From positions 4,848 to 68,847 of the forward strand of contig JAAOMT010000529.1 in the NCBI GenBank assembly GCA_016748015.1: a stretch of 64,000 nt of DNA. The letters are read 5' to 3'. The stretch is from Geosiphon pyriformis uo1 (lineage: Eukaryota > Fungi > Glomeromycota). Under the pieces are notes generated by a model. It made no database searches. It saw only the letters and a program-made list of their open reading frames with translations, and was not told where the DNA came from. Position 1 is the stretch's first letter. Each line of letters opens with the position of its first letter. The position numbers and the translations under genes were made by a program. Positions 49,012 to 62,752 of the stretch are shown here, piece after piece.

Positions 49012-51555
49012 TAGTGATTCTAACCAGTTAAAATTTTTATAACCGGTTAACTTATTAAATTAAATGGTTAAAACCAGTTAACCGATTTGATTAATTTCCC
49101 TATATAAAAATTAATTGTAATTGGCTAAATAATAAATATATGATTAATAATATTATTAAACGTAATATGTTAATTTTATTTAGGATATACTGCAAAGAAT
49201 TTTGAATTTTGTTTAAGAAAAAGAATATCAGACAAAGTTGTTGGACTAAGTCGGTTACGTTTATCAGTTAAAGTATTTCCAGCTACTGAAAAAAAAACGT
49301 TCAGAAGGAACAGAACTTGTTGGAATTGAAAGATAATAACGAGCTTGTTGTGCAAGAAAAGGAAAAGTATTAGCATGTGTTTTTCATCATGCAATTGGAC
49401 AATTTTTTCCGGAAGGCAATAAATCAGGAAGATTAGGGTAAAGATCTAATACAGTATAAGAATATTCAGATAAATGTGTAGTGTTAAAAATATTAAATGA
49501 AGTAAAAAATCTAACATTTCAGAAGAACGATCATTTTCAAAAACAGAAAGTGGTTCAGGTTGTTTAATAAAAAATTTTAATAAAGATAAGGTTTGTTCTT
49601 TTTTTTCTTTTGATATAAAAGCTAATGATTTGAATCTTGGATCTAATAAAGAAGCTAAAAGTCCTAATTCTTTTGGATCTTTCCATTTTGATTCCATAGA
49701 TTCAAGAATTGTATTACAAACTCGTTGAATTTTTGATTCATTAATATATAAGGGAGAAACATGTTAAGAATGGATAAAAAGTTCTTCAATTGTTGGATAC
49801 ATTGCTGATAAAGTAGAATATGTACTGCCACTCAAAAATCTTGTTGCTTTTTCAAATGGACATAATAAATAGATAAGCTCTTCAATTTTTTTCCATTCAT
49901 TCAAAGTCGAAAATAAAATAGCCAATTTGTTACCATCTTAATGAATTTGTTAATTATCTTCACATTGCATTGCTTTATATAATGCTTTGATTAAATGTTT
50001 CAAATTAATAAGCCTTTCAAAACTTTCACAGTTAGATTTTATCAAATAGTAATATCTTGATTATGTGCAAGAAGTTCTTTTGTTAGATTTAAAGCTCTTT
50101 GAATTTGAAAGAAATGAGCCCAGTATTTATTATAATGAACAAGAAATAAAAGCTTTTATATGAGTAAAAAAATCTTTAATATCAGAACAATTGTTTAAAT
50201 CATTCGAAACTACAAGATAAATAGTATACATGGAACAAGAAATAGATTTGAGATTCATATTTTGAAGTGCTTTCAAAAATTTTATATTATTGTACATAAT
50301 TCTATCAATAATTTTATCATACAAGTTGATTTCCCATCTATTAAATAGATCCAACAGTTTTACAACAATATTTTCTTCTAAATAGTTATATAGTTTTTCT
50401 CTAATTGTAAGTAAGACTTTATACAATTGAAAATTTTTATTTAATTAATGAATTATAATACCAATATATGATAGGTGAAAACCAGTTTAAAAATTAGTAA
50501 TAAAGCTAACTTTTTAATAATAATATTAAGTAATTTGATTAGCTATTATTTTGTAAATTTGATACTTTGTTTAATGAATAATTTTATTGTTATATTACAA
50601 AGTAATTTATAATTAAAATATAGTGAACAACAAAATGTAATAAATTTCATGTTTATTAATAATACAAATAATTGTAAGTTATCAATAATAAATTCAAACA
50701 GTTAAAAATTAATATATTCTTATTTCTTTGTAAAAAATACTTAATATTATTCTATGATTGTTGTAATATTGTCTGTTAAGGTAGTTGTAAGTGTAATTTA
50801 GTTCTTAATTAAGAAGATTTTGTATGTTTTGGAATTAAGTATGCTTTTGCAAAATAGTAAATATAAAATGATATTAAAGTATTGAAAGAATAAAATTGTA
50901 AGTATTTAGTAACGCTACATATATTAATTTTTTTATTTCCATAGTATTTAAACCAATATCTAATCCAACTGGTATTAACTTTTATTTTTTTTGTAGATTT
51001 ATATTAATTAACAATATAAAACTAGTATTTATAATAAAAAGTAATTATTCATATACAATATTTGTTTCTATGTTAATATTCTGTTTTTTTTTTACTTTAA
51101 ATATTGATATTAACAAAAAAATTTTGTGTAAACTAAAAATTTTAAGAGTATTTTTGTTTCTAAAAAAGATTGAACAAAAAATTCATTTTCTGAAAAAAGT
51201 TGGAAAGAAGAAATACTTTAAGCAGATAGTTGTTATTTATTATTAAATAATGGTAAAAAGCAAAAATTTTAGTTAAATAAAAAAGTGTAACAGTTTCTAA
51301 TACAAAAAAAAATTTGTTTTTAAACTGTTTTATTAATTATATTAATACTAACATTTTTTTCAAATCTTTTACTATATAGTTTATAATTTAAGAATTTCAA
51401 AGACTGGTTATTTTTTTTGTAGATGTTTTTTCAAGATATTATTGGTATAAAAAAAAATTCCATATGATGATTATATTAAATTTTTTTAATTTATTTTTAA
51501 ATATGACAAGTATTATTTAATTATGATTAACCACTTTAAAAAAAATCTTAACTAG
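49012..51555 (-). mobile_element. Degenerate hAT DNA transposon
   Basis: Dimerisation domain YLSIPTSSVPSERFFSVAGNTLTDKRNRLSP, LASLLDPRFK, CPFEKATRFLSGSTYSTLS. Terminus TAGTGATT with repeated AACCGGTT/AACCAGTT subterminal motifs. The other end probably lies at about 62753-62810, beyond G2. Confidence 0.85.
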
Positions 51556-52531
51556 CGTTACCAGCCGATATTTGAGATATTATTTAGCATAAAATTATTT
51601 TTTTAATTCCTATCATTAATTAGCATATATTATTATTTCAATTTATTATTTATTATCTTATTAAATTATCCAAATTATAACTTAATTTGTACAAAACACA
51701 AATGAAACAAAATTGCAATAATCAGATTATGTAATATGTCAAACTATGTAACACTCAGAGTTTACTAAAATATTTAATAATTCAACAAAATATTCAACAG
51801 TTTACCAAAATAATCTATAGTTTACAGAAATAATTTGTAATATAATAAAATATATTTTTAGTTTACCGAAATATTAGAAAAAAAAAGTGCTAGATTATAA
51901 AATAGTACTACAACAAGTTGTATAAAAAAAGAGCTTTTTTTTAAAAAAAATGTATTTTAACTAGAACCAATATCTTCCTTAGTATTTTTTATACAAATCA
52001 ATTTCAATAAAATTTACTTTAAAAAACATAAAAATCCTTAACTATTCCTATTACAAAATTAACCATTTCATACTAACATTTTGAAATTAATTAGCTATCA
52101 ATTTCAGTAATTGTTAGTAATTTTCAGGCCTGAATCCAAATAACTCTCTTAGGACATTTTATTATTTTCTTTTTTTAGTTTATTTTCTTTTCTTCTTTTA
52201 CTTTTTTTATATTATTGGATAGCCTACAGTTAAAATTTCTTGTAAAAAAGTTAACTTTCATAGTAAAGTAACTACACATATTTTAAAAAGCTTACAGACA
52301 AAATTTTTTGGTAAAAAAATTAATTTTCACTGTAAAGTGACTATACAAGTAATTGGTACAAAATTGGTTATTTTATTATAAGCCCAACAGCATATATAAT
52401 CTAAAATATAGAGAAATACTTTGGAAGAAAAATTAGCTTATTGGAGGTTTATTAACTTTTATCAACAGTAAAATTATCAGCAAAACAATATTAACAACAT
52501 TAAGAAAAGAGTAGAAAAATTTTCAGTAATA
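51556..52531 (+). repeat. G2 5' LTR with about 6 x 20-bp array at 51759-51878
   Basis: Aligns along its length with 61766-62752. Confidence 0.9.
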
Positions 52532-55500
52532 TTTAGTGTTCTCTCAAAAATAACATAGTAATAACTAAATCAAAAAGACAATTGCATTAGACATAACAAC
52601 TCTAAAATACAATCAGTTAATTTACACTTACTACAAACAACAATTTAAAATCTAAGATAGAATTCGAAATGAAATTACAGCTTTTAAGAAATCACTTTTC
52701 TAATACATCAAAAACTAAATCAATAATTATTTCTTTAGAAACTATAAAATTACAGAAGTCAAACAAAATTTTCTTGAAAATTTTATCTATTATTTAAATA
52801 GAGACCCAAAAAATATTAGTGCTAATGTTTGCACTACTTATTTTGAAGAATTTAACTACAATATTATCAAGTTTTGTGTAGAAAAATAATTTGCCAACTT
52901 ACAATTTGTTTTTAAACTTGAATTAAAACCAGAAACAAGCAATAAAAGCAAACAGAAAAAGATCTAACCAGTTTACATTACTCTCAACACACCAAAAACA
53001 AATTTTTAACATTTGCAAACACTTGAACAAGAAATCAGTTTTAAATTATTACTTTTAATTACATCTTTTTCAGCTTTATTTGCTTAAGCACAAACATTTA
53101 ATTTATTTCTTAACCAATTCTAAGACCAAAAAACTTTATCAAAAGTCTAATCTAACAGTTAAAACTAATCTATACTAATACTAATTTTCTTAATTTTTTA
53201 GCAGAGAACTAAACTAAATACTTAAAAACACTAATTCACAAAAAAACACTTTTAAATTTATTAAAAAAAAAAACCAAAAAAAAACCAAAAAACAATAACT
53301 ACTTATATTGCAATAATTTCTGATTTTTTCAAAAAAAACACTGAAACTAGCTCTTAAGAATAATTTAATCAAGTTATTAAAGCAGAAGATACTAATAAAT
53401 AGACTACAAAAAGAATATTATAAGCAATTTTTATTTTTTCAAAAAAACTGCAAACAAATAGTTGAAAAATCTGGCCACTCTTTTTGCAGATTGGCAAGCT
53501 TTTAAACTGCTTTTTTCAAACATTTTACTAATAATAATACTTCAATTATTCTTCAAAACTGCTTCTAAAATATCAAACAAAAACTATCTAAATTTGTTAT
53601 AATTTATATTGAAAAGTTTAACAAATTTTTTAGAAGAATTTACCAGTTAAAAACAAATGTTTACTATTTTGATACTCAAGTTTTAAATCAATTTATTGCT
53701 GATTTAAAAAATAAATTAATCAAAAAAGTTTGCTCATATGTTTTAGTTAATTTAATCACTATTATTTAACATCCCAAAAACTATAAAATGACTATAAAAA
53801 GCAAATTTTATGAAACTTGTTAATCTTGCAATTGAAAAAACCACTATTAGCAGCTAAAAAAAAATTAATTAACTTATCAAAAAAGTTAAAACATATTTTA
53901 CCAATCAATAACCAAAATACCAACTACTTTAATATTAAAACCAAAAAACTTTTTATTATCCAACAACTAAACTTAACATTAAACTGCTATTATTGTAAAA
54001 TCTTTGAATATTAAAAACGTTAATTGTAGAAAAATACAAAGAGACTAACAAAGAGACTAACAAAGACAAAATATTTTCTCTAATAATAACAATTATATTA
54101 CTTAACTTTATCTGTCTATTATTTGCCAAGACTTTAATTTACTTATTATTAGTCTGTTTTATAATAACTATCACAATATTATCAATCATTTTCAGTTTAA
54201 AATTATTAATTATTAACCAAAAAATTAGTTTAATTCAACCAATTTACATTATAAAATTATTTTTAATTAAACAACAACAGATTTGGTTTCAACAATAAAT
54301 TAGTATTTTATAACAATAATCAACAACTACCCAAATATTTTTACACTCAACTTAATTATTTTAAAATATTAGAAGACTAAGATTTTTATTATACTATACT
54401 TTTAAAAAGTAAAATTACAGCACAACAGCAAAATTTATTCTATAATAACACTATAATCTTATTAGCAAAAATTGTCAAAAACACCAATATTTTAAACATA
54501 TTTTTTTTTGAATTTAAAACAAATAAATTATTATTATTATTTAACAATGCAGCCATTTTAGAACAAAAAGCAATTATTGTAATATACACTAAATCTAAAA
54601 TTGAAAAAAAGTAATTTGATTAATCTTAAATAATAGATTAACTAAAAGTATTATTACTTATTAATTGATATAAAAACTTAAGTAAAATGTTAACAAACTT
54701 GCTCAAACAGTTATTGTAATTGCCAATAATATAAAAAAACACTTATAAAAGAAATTAACAACTTTTTCTTTAAAATAGATGAAATTATCATTTCAATTAA
54801 AATTTTTGTTATAGATATATTTTAATATTAAACTTTTATTAAAAACAAATGGCTTTTTAAAATTAATGTCAATCTAAATTGAGAAATACAGAAACTAAAA
54901 TTTTTTTATCAAGAACAGCATACTAAAGTATCTGTCATTTGTGATACTTTTAATAAATAATCAAAAAAAACCCCAGTTTTCAAATTTAAAAAAGAAAAAA
55001 AAACCAATAACTAAAATTTATAATATTTAATTCTTGGTTCAATTGGACTGAAAAAGCTAAACAACTATTTAAAACATCTATATTATAACTATTATTATGA
55101 TTTAAAAAAATTAGTCAATAATTTATCTTTATAAATAAACTAGTTAATAGTTGATATGTTTTGTACTCAAAATTAAAACTGAAAAAACAACCACTTTATA
55201 TCTCATTTAAATACAAAAATTGTAACAAAAAGCTTTTATCTATGAGAGTTTGTATATTACTTGAAAAAAAATATGAAATACATATATATTAATATTGTAA
55301 AGTCTGCTATAGAAAATAATTTGACAGTTCAAAATAAAGCAAAAAATAGAACAATATACTATATTTTATATATAAAAAATTGCTACCAAAAAAATACAAC
55401 TGAATTAATATTGTAATAAAAGAAAAAATCTGTGATTAAACCTGTTAATATGTTTTTTTTATTTTGAAAAAAGTAAAATAAAAAATACTATTTACCATAA

Positions 55501-55919
55501 TATACAATAATGCTTTTAATAAGCTATATTATTATTCACATAATGTTAAAATAATCTATAAATTTACAATGATTCTTATTAATAAATAATTTCAAAAAAA
55601 TGTTTGTTAAATAAAAAAAGTTAAGTATATTAAATATATAATAAAACTAACAGAACTCGATTATAAAGATGAAATAAAACTCTACTATTTAACTTTTAAT
55701 TATGTTTATCTATCAAAAAAATCCAAATTTAGTGATTAAAACAAATAAATATTCAATTTTGTAAAGAATTCATTATGCTTTGTAATAACATATAGTGTCT
55801 TAAATATTATGTTCTTAGCATACCATTATTCATTAAAGATAACCAAAACAAAATTGAATTTGGAAAACTTGAAAAAAAAGTTTTAATAATTCTAATTTAT
55901 TTTAATAAAAACTAACTTA

Positions 55920-56350
55920 TTTTACTTCTCAAATATTTTAACAACAATAAACAAGAAATTAAGTCAGAAAAAGTTCACAAAATCGATACTAAATATAACC
56001 TATAATATTCAAAAAAAGATACTCTTATCTTAAAGCCAAAATTATTTATAAAATTAATCAAAAAATTGCTTTTGAAATCTTACTAAAAGCAATAATACAA
56101 ATTGCTTTCCAATTATTATTAACAAGCAAAAAATTAATATTAGAGAAAAAATTAGCAATGCAAAATATATTAAAAACATTACAATAATGTTTTAAAATAA
56201 AACTGAAAAGTTTTTTATTATTAAACATGTTAAAAAAATTGTCCAAACTATTATTTACTTTTAATCAACATTTTGGATTTGTAATTAATTAAAAAATAAA
56301 AAAACTTGGTAGAAATAAAAGAAAAACCCAAATTTTAGATCAATTAAACA
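55920..56350 (+). pseudogene. dUTPase domain within G2 pol, between PR and RT
   Basis: EKVHKIDTKYNL*Y (back-mutates to AHxxDAGYDL), QIAFQLLLTSK (QIASRSSLASK), NAKYIKNITIM (DAGYxGxIxIM), KKIVQTI (EKIAQAI), RNKRKTQ-FRSI (SERGxxGFGST). All five motifs in order, recoverable largely by A>G/T>C reversion. Confidence 0.75.
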
Positions 56351-58111
56351 ATTTACAATTTTATTTAATTTAACTCTTAATATACAAAATAAATTTTATC
56401 AAATTCTTAGATTATCAAAAACAATTACAATTTTATCTTTTAGAAAAGTTCAAAAAGTATATACTTGTTTAACATTTATTACTATCTAACAAATTTTTAA
56501 ATTAAATAAACAAATTTGCAAAAAATATGGAATTTTAATTTCAAATATTTATTTGCCAAAAAAAATCAAAGAATTCAAGATTATTTTTTACAATTCTAAC
56601 AATAAACTCATTATATTAGACAATTATTTAGAAATTAAAATTATTCACAATAATATCTTTTAACAAGAATTATACTAAATAGTTTTAAACTTTATAGAAA
56701 TAATTGGACATTTCTTTTAGAAATTTAACTTAACTCTTAACACCAAAAATTATTATGTTGTTATTAAGAAATTATCTTGAATCAACATAAGACAATTAGA
56801 ACCACAAAAATAAAAACAATTCAAAGAATTAATTATAAAACATATAGACATATTTACTAAAAATAACAATAATTTAAAAAAAACTAATTTAGTTTAATCC
56901 TAAATTTATACAGATAATATCAAACCAAAACAACAATAAGCATATTAAATTGCACTAAAAAGCCACCAATTTATTCATGAAAAAATACAACAAATATTAA
57001 ATAATGGGTTTATTTAATCATTAATGAGTCTTTGGGCTTTACTAATAGTCTTTGTTAAAAAAAAAATAGAAAAATACATTTTTGTGTTAATTATCACTAA
57101 TTAAATAGTATTCCAATTGGAAATATTTATTTTTACTATAAATTAATAATATGCTAGATGCTTTTGACAAATCTAAATACTTTTCAATATTGAATTTAGA
57201 AAATAAATATTAATAAGTCATAATAAATATTAAAAACTGCTTCAAAACAGCTTTTATCACTCAAAAAAAAATTACAAGTTCAATATAATGCTCTTTAGAT
57301 TATGTAATATATTAGCAATATTTTAGAAATTTATGAATATTTTATACTAAACTCCTTTAAAACTTAGTAGTTGTTTATTTCGATAAAACTAATATTTATT
57401 TCTTATTATTTAAAGCTTATTTAGTTTATTTGCAAGAAGTTTTTCAACAATTACAAAAAGCAAAACTGAAATTAAACATCAAAAAATATCATTTTAATAA
57501 AACCAGCTTGGTTTTTTTTGGTTATATTGTTAGCAAAGAAAGAGTTAAATCTGATCCAAAAAAATTAATATTATTAAAAACTTCAAAATCTTATAAAACA
57601 CTACCAAATTAAAAAAATTTATTGAATTTGTATTTTACTATCAAAAATTCATCAAAGAATTTTTAAAAATTGCAAAATCTTTTAATTATCTAATCAAAAA
57701 AAACATCAAATATAAATAAACAGTTAAACAACAACAAACTTTTAAAACTCTTAAAAAAAAGTTTACAACAGCTTCAATTTTCACTTATTTAAACTTCAAC
57801 AACAGATTTCAACTAGCAATAGATGTTTTTTATACTGTTTTTGGTACTATTTTATAGCAATTAAATGATAATAACAAAGAGTAAATAATTACTTATGTTA
57901 ACAGAATACTAAAATTAGCAGAAAAAAATTATTCTGTTACTGAACTAAAAACAACAGCAGTAATTTGGACTCTTTATTATTTTAATTTATATTTCAAACT
58001 CAAAATATTTGTTATTGTTATATATAATATTGGACTTAAATAACTATAAAACAAAAATTCCAAATTAAATACAAAACAAATTCAATAGCAAAATTTCTTA
58101 CAAACTACTTA

Positions 58112-59465
58112 CAGGGAGGTATAAAAAGTATTAGACACTTAATATAATATATAAAAAAGACTATATATTGTAATACTATTACCAATTTAAGCCATAATTT
58201 TTTTTATAATTATTTATAATTATAATCTACAAATTAACATAAATTGTATCTTTGTAAAACACAACAGTGGATCATATACGTATATATAAAATATCAAATA
58301 TTCTTGTCATGAAAAAATTTACCACATCAAATGTGTCTTAGAAAAGAACTTTCTGAATATCAAAAAGGAGGAATTATTTTAGCAATAAAGTTAGGACATA
58401 CAAACAGTGAGATTTCTATGACTATTAAATGTTTACATTCTTCTGTAATACATGTATGGAAGTCATATGAGCTAAAAAAACTTCTTAAAAAACAAATAGG
58501 CTGACCACAAATTTTTGACAAACATGCATATGAACAACTCAAATATTCAATAATGGAAAATAAAAAAACCTATCACTAAACTTTTTCTCAAATATGATTG
58601 AATTTTATTAAAGATACCAACAAATTTATTTTTATACAAACTATTTAAAATAAATTAGCTTAAGAAGAACTTTGCTTATGCATTCCTCATTTTAAGCCAT
58701 TAATTTTCAAATCAAATAAAAAAAATGTTTACAATGGGCTCGTACTTATGAAAATTAGATAGTAGAAGATTTTAAACAAGTTGTTTGGTCAGATAAATCT
58801 ACATATATATAATTTAGAACTACAAGATTTAGACATATATAATATAAATTTTTTGAAGAGTTTCATAAAGATTGTATTACAGTTACAGTTAGAAAAAGCT
58901 TTGGTTGCATGTTTTGGGAATGTTTTTCATGAGTTGGTTTGGGTTCTTTAGTTTTTTTGGTTGGTTATATTACTAGAGTTATACACCATAAAACCTTGGC
59001 TAATTATGCAATTTTTATGGTAAAACTTCATGCAAAAAAAACTAAAAAAAAGTTTTTTTTTTAGGAAGACAATGCACCAATTCATATATCAAAAGTCATA
59101 CATTCTTTTCTTATTTCTTTAAATATTGAATTACTTCCTTGGCTAGCACAAAATTCTGATATTACTCTAATAGAAAATCTTTGGTCATATATTGAAGTTA
59201 AATTTTGTCAACATAATTCACAACTCTCAAATATTGTACAATTAGAACAATAGATTAAAGAAGAATAAAATGCAATACCTATAAATTACTATCGTAATTT
59301 GATCAAGTCTATGCCACATCAAGTTCAAGCTAATTTTAAAGCAAATGGGGGTCAAACAAAATACTAACATGTATTTTAATATAATAATAAAAAATTAACA
59401 ATTTATAAGTTAGTTCTTTTATATAATATATTATAAAAGTGTCCAATATTTTTTATACTCCCCTG
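58112..59465 (+). mobile_element. Tc1 (DD34E) transposon nested in G2 pol, inactivated
   Basis: TIRs CAGGGAGGTATAAAAAGTATTAGACACTT / AAGTGTCCAATATTTTTTATACTCCCCTG with TA TSDs. VVWSDKS, EDNAPIH, ITLIENLW with D(59068)-E(59173) spacing of 34, ending KANGGQTKY* at 59367. Confidence 0.95.
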
Positions 59466-61143
59466 TATATATTGTATATTACAAATTAAGAAAACTTTAC
59501 ACAAATATGAATTTTTTCTTTAAAATAAGATAAGATTAAAAACTACTACCACTTAACTCTATTAATTAACAACAACAATTAACAAAAAATAGACCCTAAA
59601 AACTACAATAATCTTAAACAATACTTAAAGATATTTATAATATCAGAAACTTGGTTTTCAATTAAAAAACATTAATTAAAATACCAAGCAAAACAATATT
59701 TTATACACAATAATATCATTTATTATTGAAATTACAAAAACTCAAACAACTTATTTAAAGCAATTTAAGAATATAAAAAAAGCTATCTTATACAACATGT
59801 ACTCAAATTCTTTATTAACATACTTTAGAAGAGATAGTACAATTCAAAAAACATTAAAACACTATTTTTAACTTTAAATAAAAAAAATATTTATCAATAT
59901 GTCAAATTTTATAATAATTATTAAAGAAAAAAGAAACACATCTCATAAAACTTCTAAATTCAATTAAATTTGGACAATTTTTTGATTGAGTTGGTATTAA
60001 TTTAGTTAAACCACTATTTATTACACCTCAAAAAACTAATATATTGCAATTATAATAGATTATCTTATCAAATAGCCAAAGTCATTTAATAAACAAATAC
60101 AAAATTAATTACAAATTTTATTTATGAAAACATTATTTGTAGACATAAATGCTTAATTAAACTTTTATCTAATCAAAAAACATATTTTGTAAACAATCTA
60201 ATAAAAAAAATTTATGAATAATTTAATGTTAAAAAATTTTTAATCTTACTCTATTATTTACAAACAAATAGACTTGTAAAATGTTTTAATAAAACACTTT
60301 GTGAATTATTAGCCAAATTTTCAACAGATTTTGAACAAGAATAGAATTTTTTTATTCTATTAATATTACTAGTATATAAAACATTAAAACAAAATATAAC
60401 AAACATATACTATTTAATTTAACTTATAGAAAAACAGCAATATTACTAATTAATTTTACAGTAGAATTCTATCTAGTTCAACTGATTACAAAGAACAACT
60501 TTTAGAAAACACTATAAAAAAAGCCTATATACTTCTCAATATATTGGAAGAGAAATAATAAATTATAGTCATTTATATAGAATACTCTTAAGTTTAACAA
60601 AAAAAATAGTATAACAACAAATTGTCATTAGCTATCAACGAATTTAAAGTTAAAAATAAAGTTTTCTTATATAAAACTAAGACTGAAAAACAATTAAGTA
60701 GAAAATTTGATCATAAATAGGACAGATCATTTTATATACATAAAATTCTTAAAAATAGATCATATAAGTTAAGACTTGATAATAAAATTTTAAAGAAATT
60801 TGTATGATAAACTAAAACACTATTATTTCAAAATTAATCCTGAATCTTTTATCCCACAAATTAGTATACAATTTTTCTTGATTAATTCCAAAAATATTCT
60901 CTGAAATTTAGAACCAATAGTTATTATTGAATAATTTCTTAACTTAAACATTTAAAATTTAATTTTCTCTATACTTATTTCTTATATTTTAAAAACAATT
61001 TTTACAAAAACTACACAGAAAAAAAAATAAAATAAAAAATAAAATCAAAACTCTATATACTAAAAATAATTTTTTATTATTTATATTTTTTATTAGTTAT
61101 TATAATAATTTCCTAAAATATTCAACAATTATTCCAAAAATTA

Positions 61144-61731
61144 ATGTTAATCTTAAAAACACTACTCAGATTATCTATAACTATTACTAAAAAACATGTT
61201 AATTATATTCAAACAGAATCAGTTACGATTTTATTCACAAATTCACAAAATTATCACTTTTATAGAAGAAACACAAGAAATTATTCTGAAATTTACTTAC
61301 CAGAACTTTTAAAACAAGCTTTAAGAGAGAATTTAATGTTCATATCTATTGACATTTTACCAAATACCACAATTCAACAAAAACTTTAATAATATTTTCC
61401 AATCTATAGATATTAATATATTAGAAAACCACTTTACGAAAGAAAACTGGAGCTTAAAACAGCAAACCTCTTACTTGAAACTATTTAAAAACAACTTCAC
61501 AATAAATTTAAGACAACAATCAAACTAACAAATGCTTATTACAAACTTAGAACAGCTTTTAGAGTCTATGACCTATTTTATACTTGTGAAAATATCTTAC
61601 AAAACCCAATTTTACAACCTCTGAAAATTCAATACATTAGAAAGCTCACAAAACTGAAATTTCAACAATTTTCAGACCAAATTTTTTCAATAATTTTGGA
61701 TTACTATCTGGAAATTACAGACAGTACTTGA
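61144..61731 (+). pseudogene. G2 accessory ORF3 (about 195 codons, four internal TAA), homologous to G1 ORF3
   Basis: One frame without indels: ...IDILPNTTIQQKL**YFPIYRY*YIRKPLYERKLEL...YYKLRTAFRVYDLF...IQYIRKLTKLKFQQF...EITDST*. Confidence 0.7.
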
Positions 61732-61765
61732 GCTTTGATAGAACTTAGTCTTAAGAAGAAGATTA

Positions 61766-62752
61766 TATTACTAGCTAAAATTTAAGATATTATTTAACAT
61801 GAAATTATCCCTATAATTTCTATTATTAATTAGTATATATTATTATTTCAATTTATCACTTATTATCTTATCAAATTATCTGAATTATTATTCAATTAAT
61901 AATCCGATTTGTAAAAAACACAAATGAAACCAAATTGCAATGATTAGATCATGTAATATATCAAACTATGTAACATTCAAAGTTCACTGAAATATTTAAT
62001 AATTCGATAAAATATTCAACAGCTCACCAAAATAATCTATAATTTGCAGAAATAACTTGTAGTTTGATAAAATATATCTTTAGTTCGCCAAAACATTAGA
62101 AAAAAAAATGCTAGATCATAGAATAGTGCTACAATAAGTTATATAAAAAAAGAGCTTCTTTTTTTGAGAAAATATATCTTAAGTAGAACTAATATCTTTC
62201 TTAGTATTTTTTATACAAATCAATTTCAATAAAACTTACTTTAAAAACATAAAAATCCTTAATTATTTCTATTACAAAATTAACCATTCTATACTAATAT
62301 TTTGAAATTGATTAGCTACCAATTTTAGTAACTGTTAGCAACTTTCAGATCTGAATCCAAAATGACTCTTTTAACATATTTTATTATTTTTTTCTTCAGT
62401 TTATTTTCTTTACTTTTTTTATTTTTTTTATATCATTGAGTAGTCTACAGTCGAGATTTTTTGTAGAAGAGTTGACTTTTATAACAAAGTAACTACACAC
62501 ATTTTGATGAGCTTACAAATAAGATTTTACTGTAAAAGAGTCAACTTTTATTGCAAAGTAATTATATAAGTAATTGGCACAGAATTGGTGATTTTATTAT
62601 AAGCCCAACAGCATATATAGTCTAAACTATAGAGAAATACTTTGAAAGAGAAATTAGCTTATTGAAGGTTCACTGACTTCCATTAACAACAGAATTACTA
62701 GCAAAACAGTATTAACAACATTAAAAAAAGAGTAAAAAAACTTTTAATAACA
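61766..62752 (+). repeat. G2 3' LTR with about 6 x 20-bp array (61981-62100) and TATA near 62140
   Basis: Units AGTTCACTGAAATATTTAAT / AATTCGATAAAATATTCAAC / AGCTCACCAAAATAATCTAT / AATTTGCAGAAATAACTTGT / AGTTTGATAAAATATATCTT / AGTTCGCCAAAACATTAGA. Ends TAATAACA. Confidence 0.9.

Larger units (their letters stand above)
51556..62752 (+). mobile_element. Full-length, heavily eroded Ty3/Gypsy LTR retrotransposon G2
   Basis: LTRs 51556-52531 and 61766-62752. Degenerate PBS (TAGTGTTCTCTC) and PPT (AAGAAGAAGA, 61753-61762). CCHC near 53984, PR about 54600-54900, dUTPase, RT about 56900-57600 (SLWALLIVFVKK, KTAF), RNase H, IN about 59800-60810. Flanks CTAG/CTGA fit a mutated CTGG TSD. Confidence 0.9.

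Noticed and set aside
61144-61731. Alternative genetic code (TAA=Gln), suggested by repeated in-frame TAA
   Set aside because: The intact kinases end in TAA, and TGA/TAG also appear at Trp positions; C>T/G>A mutation explains all cases.
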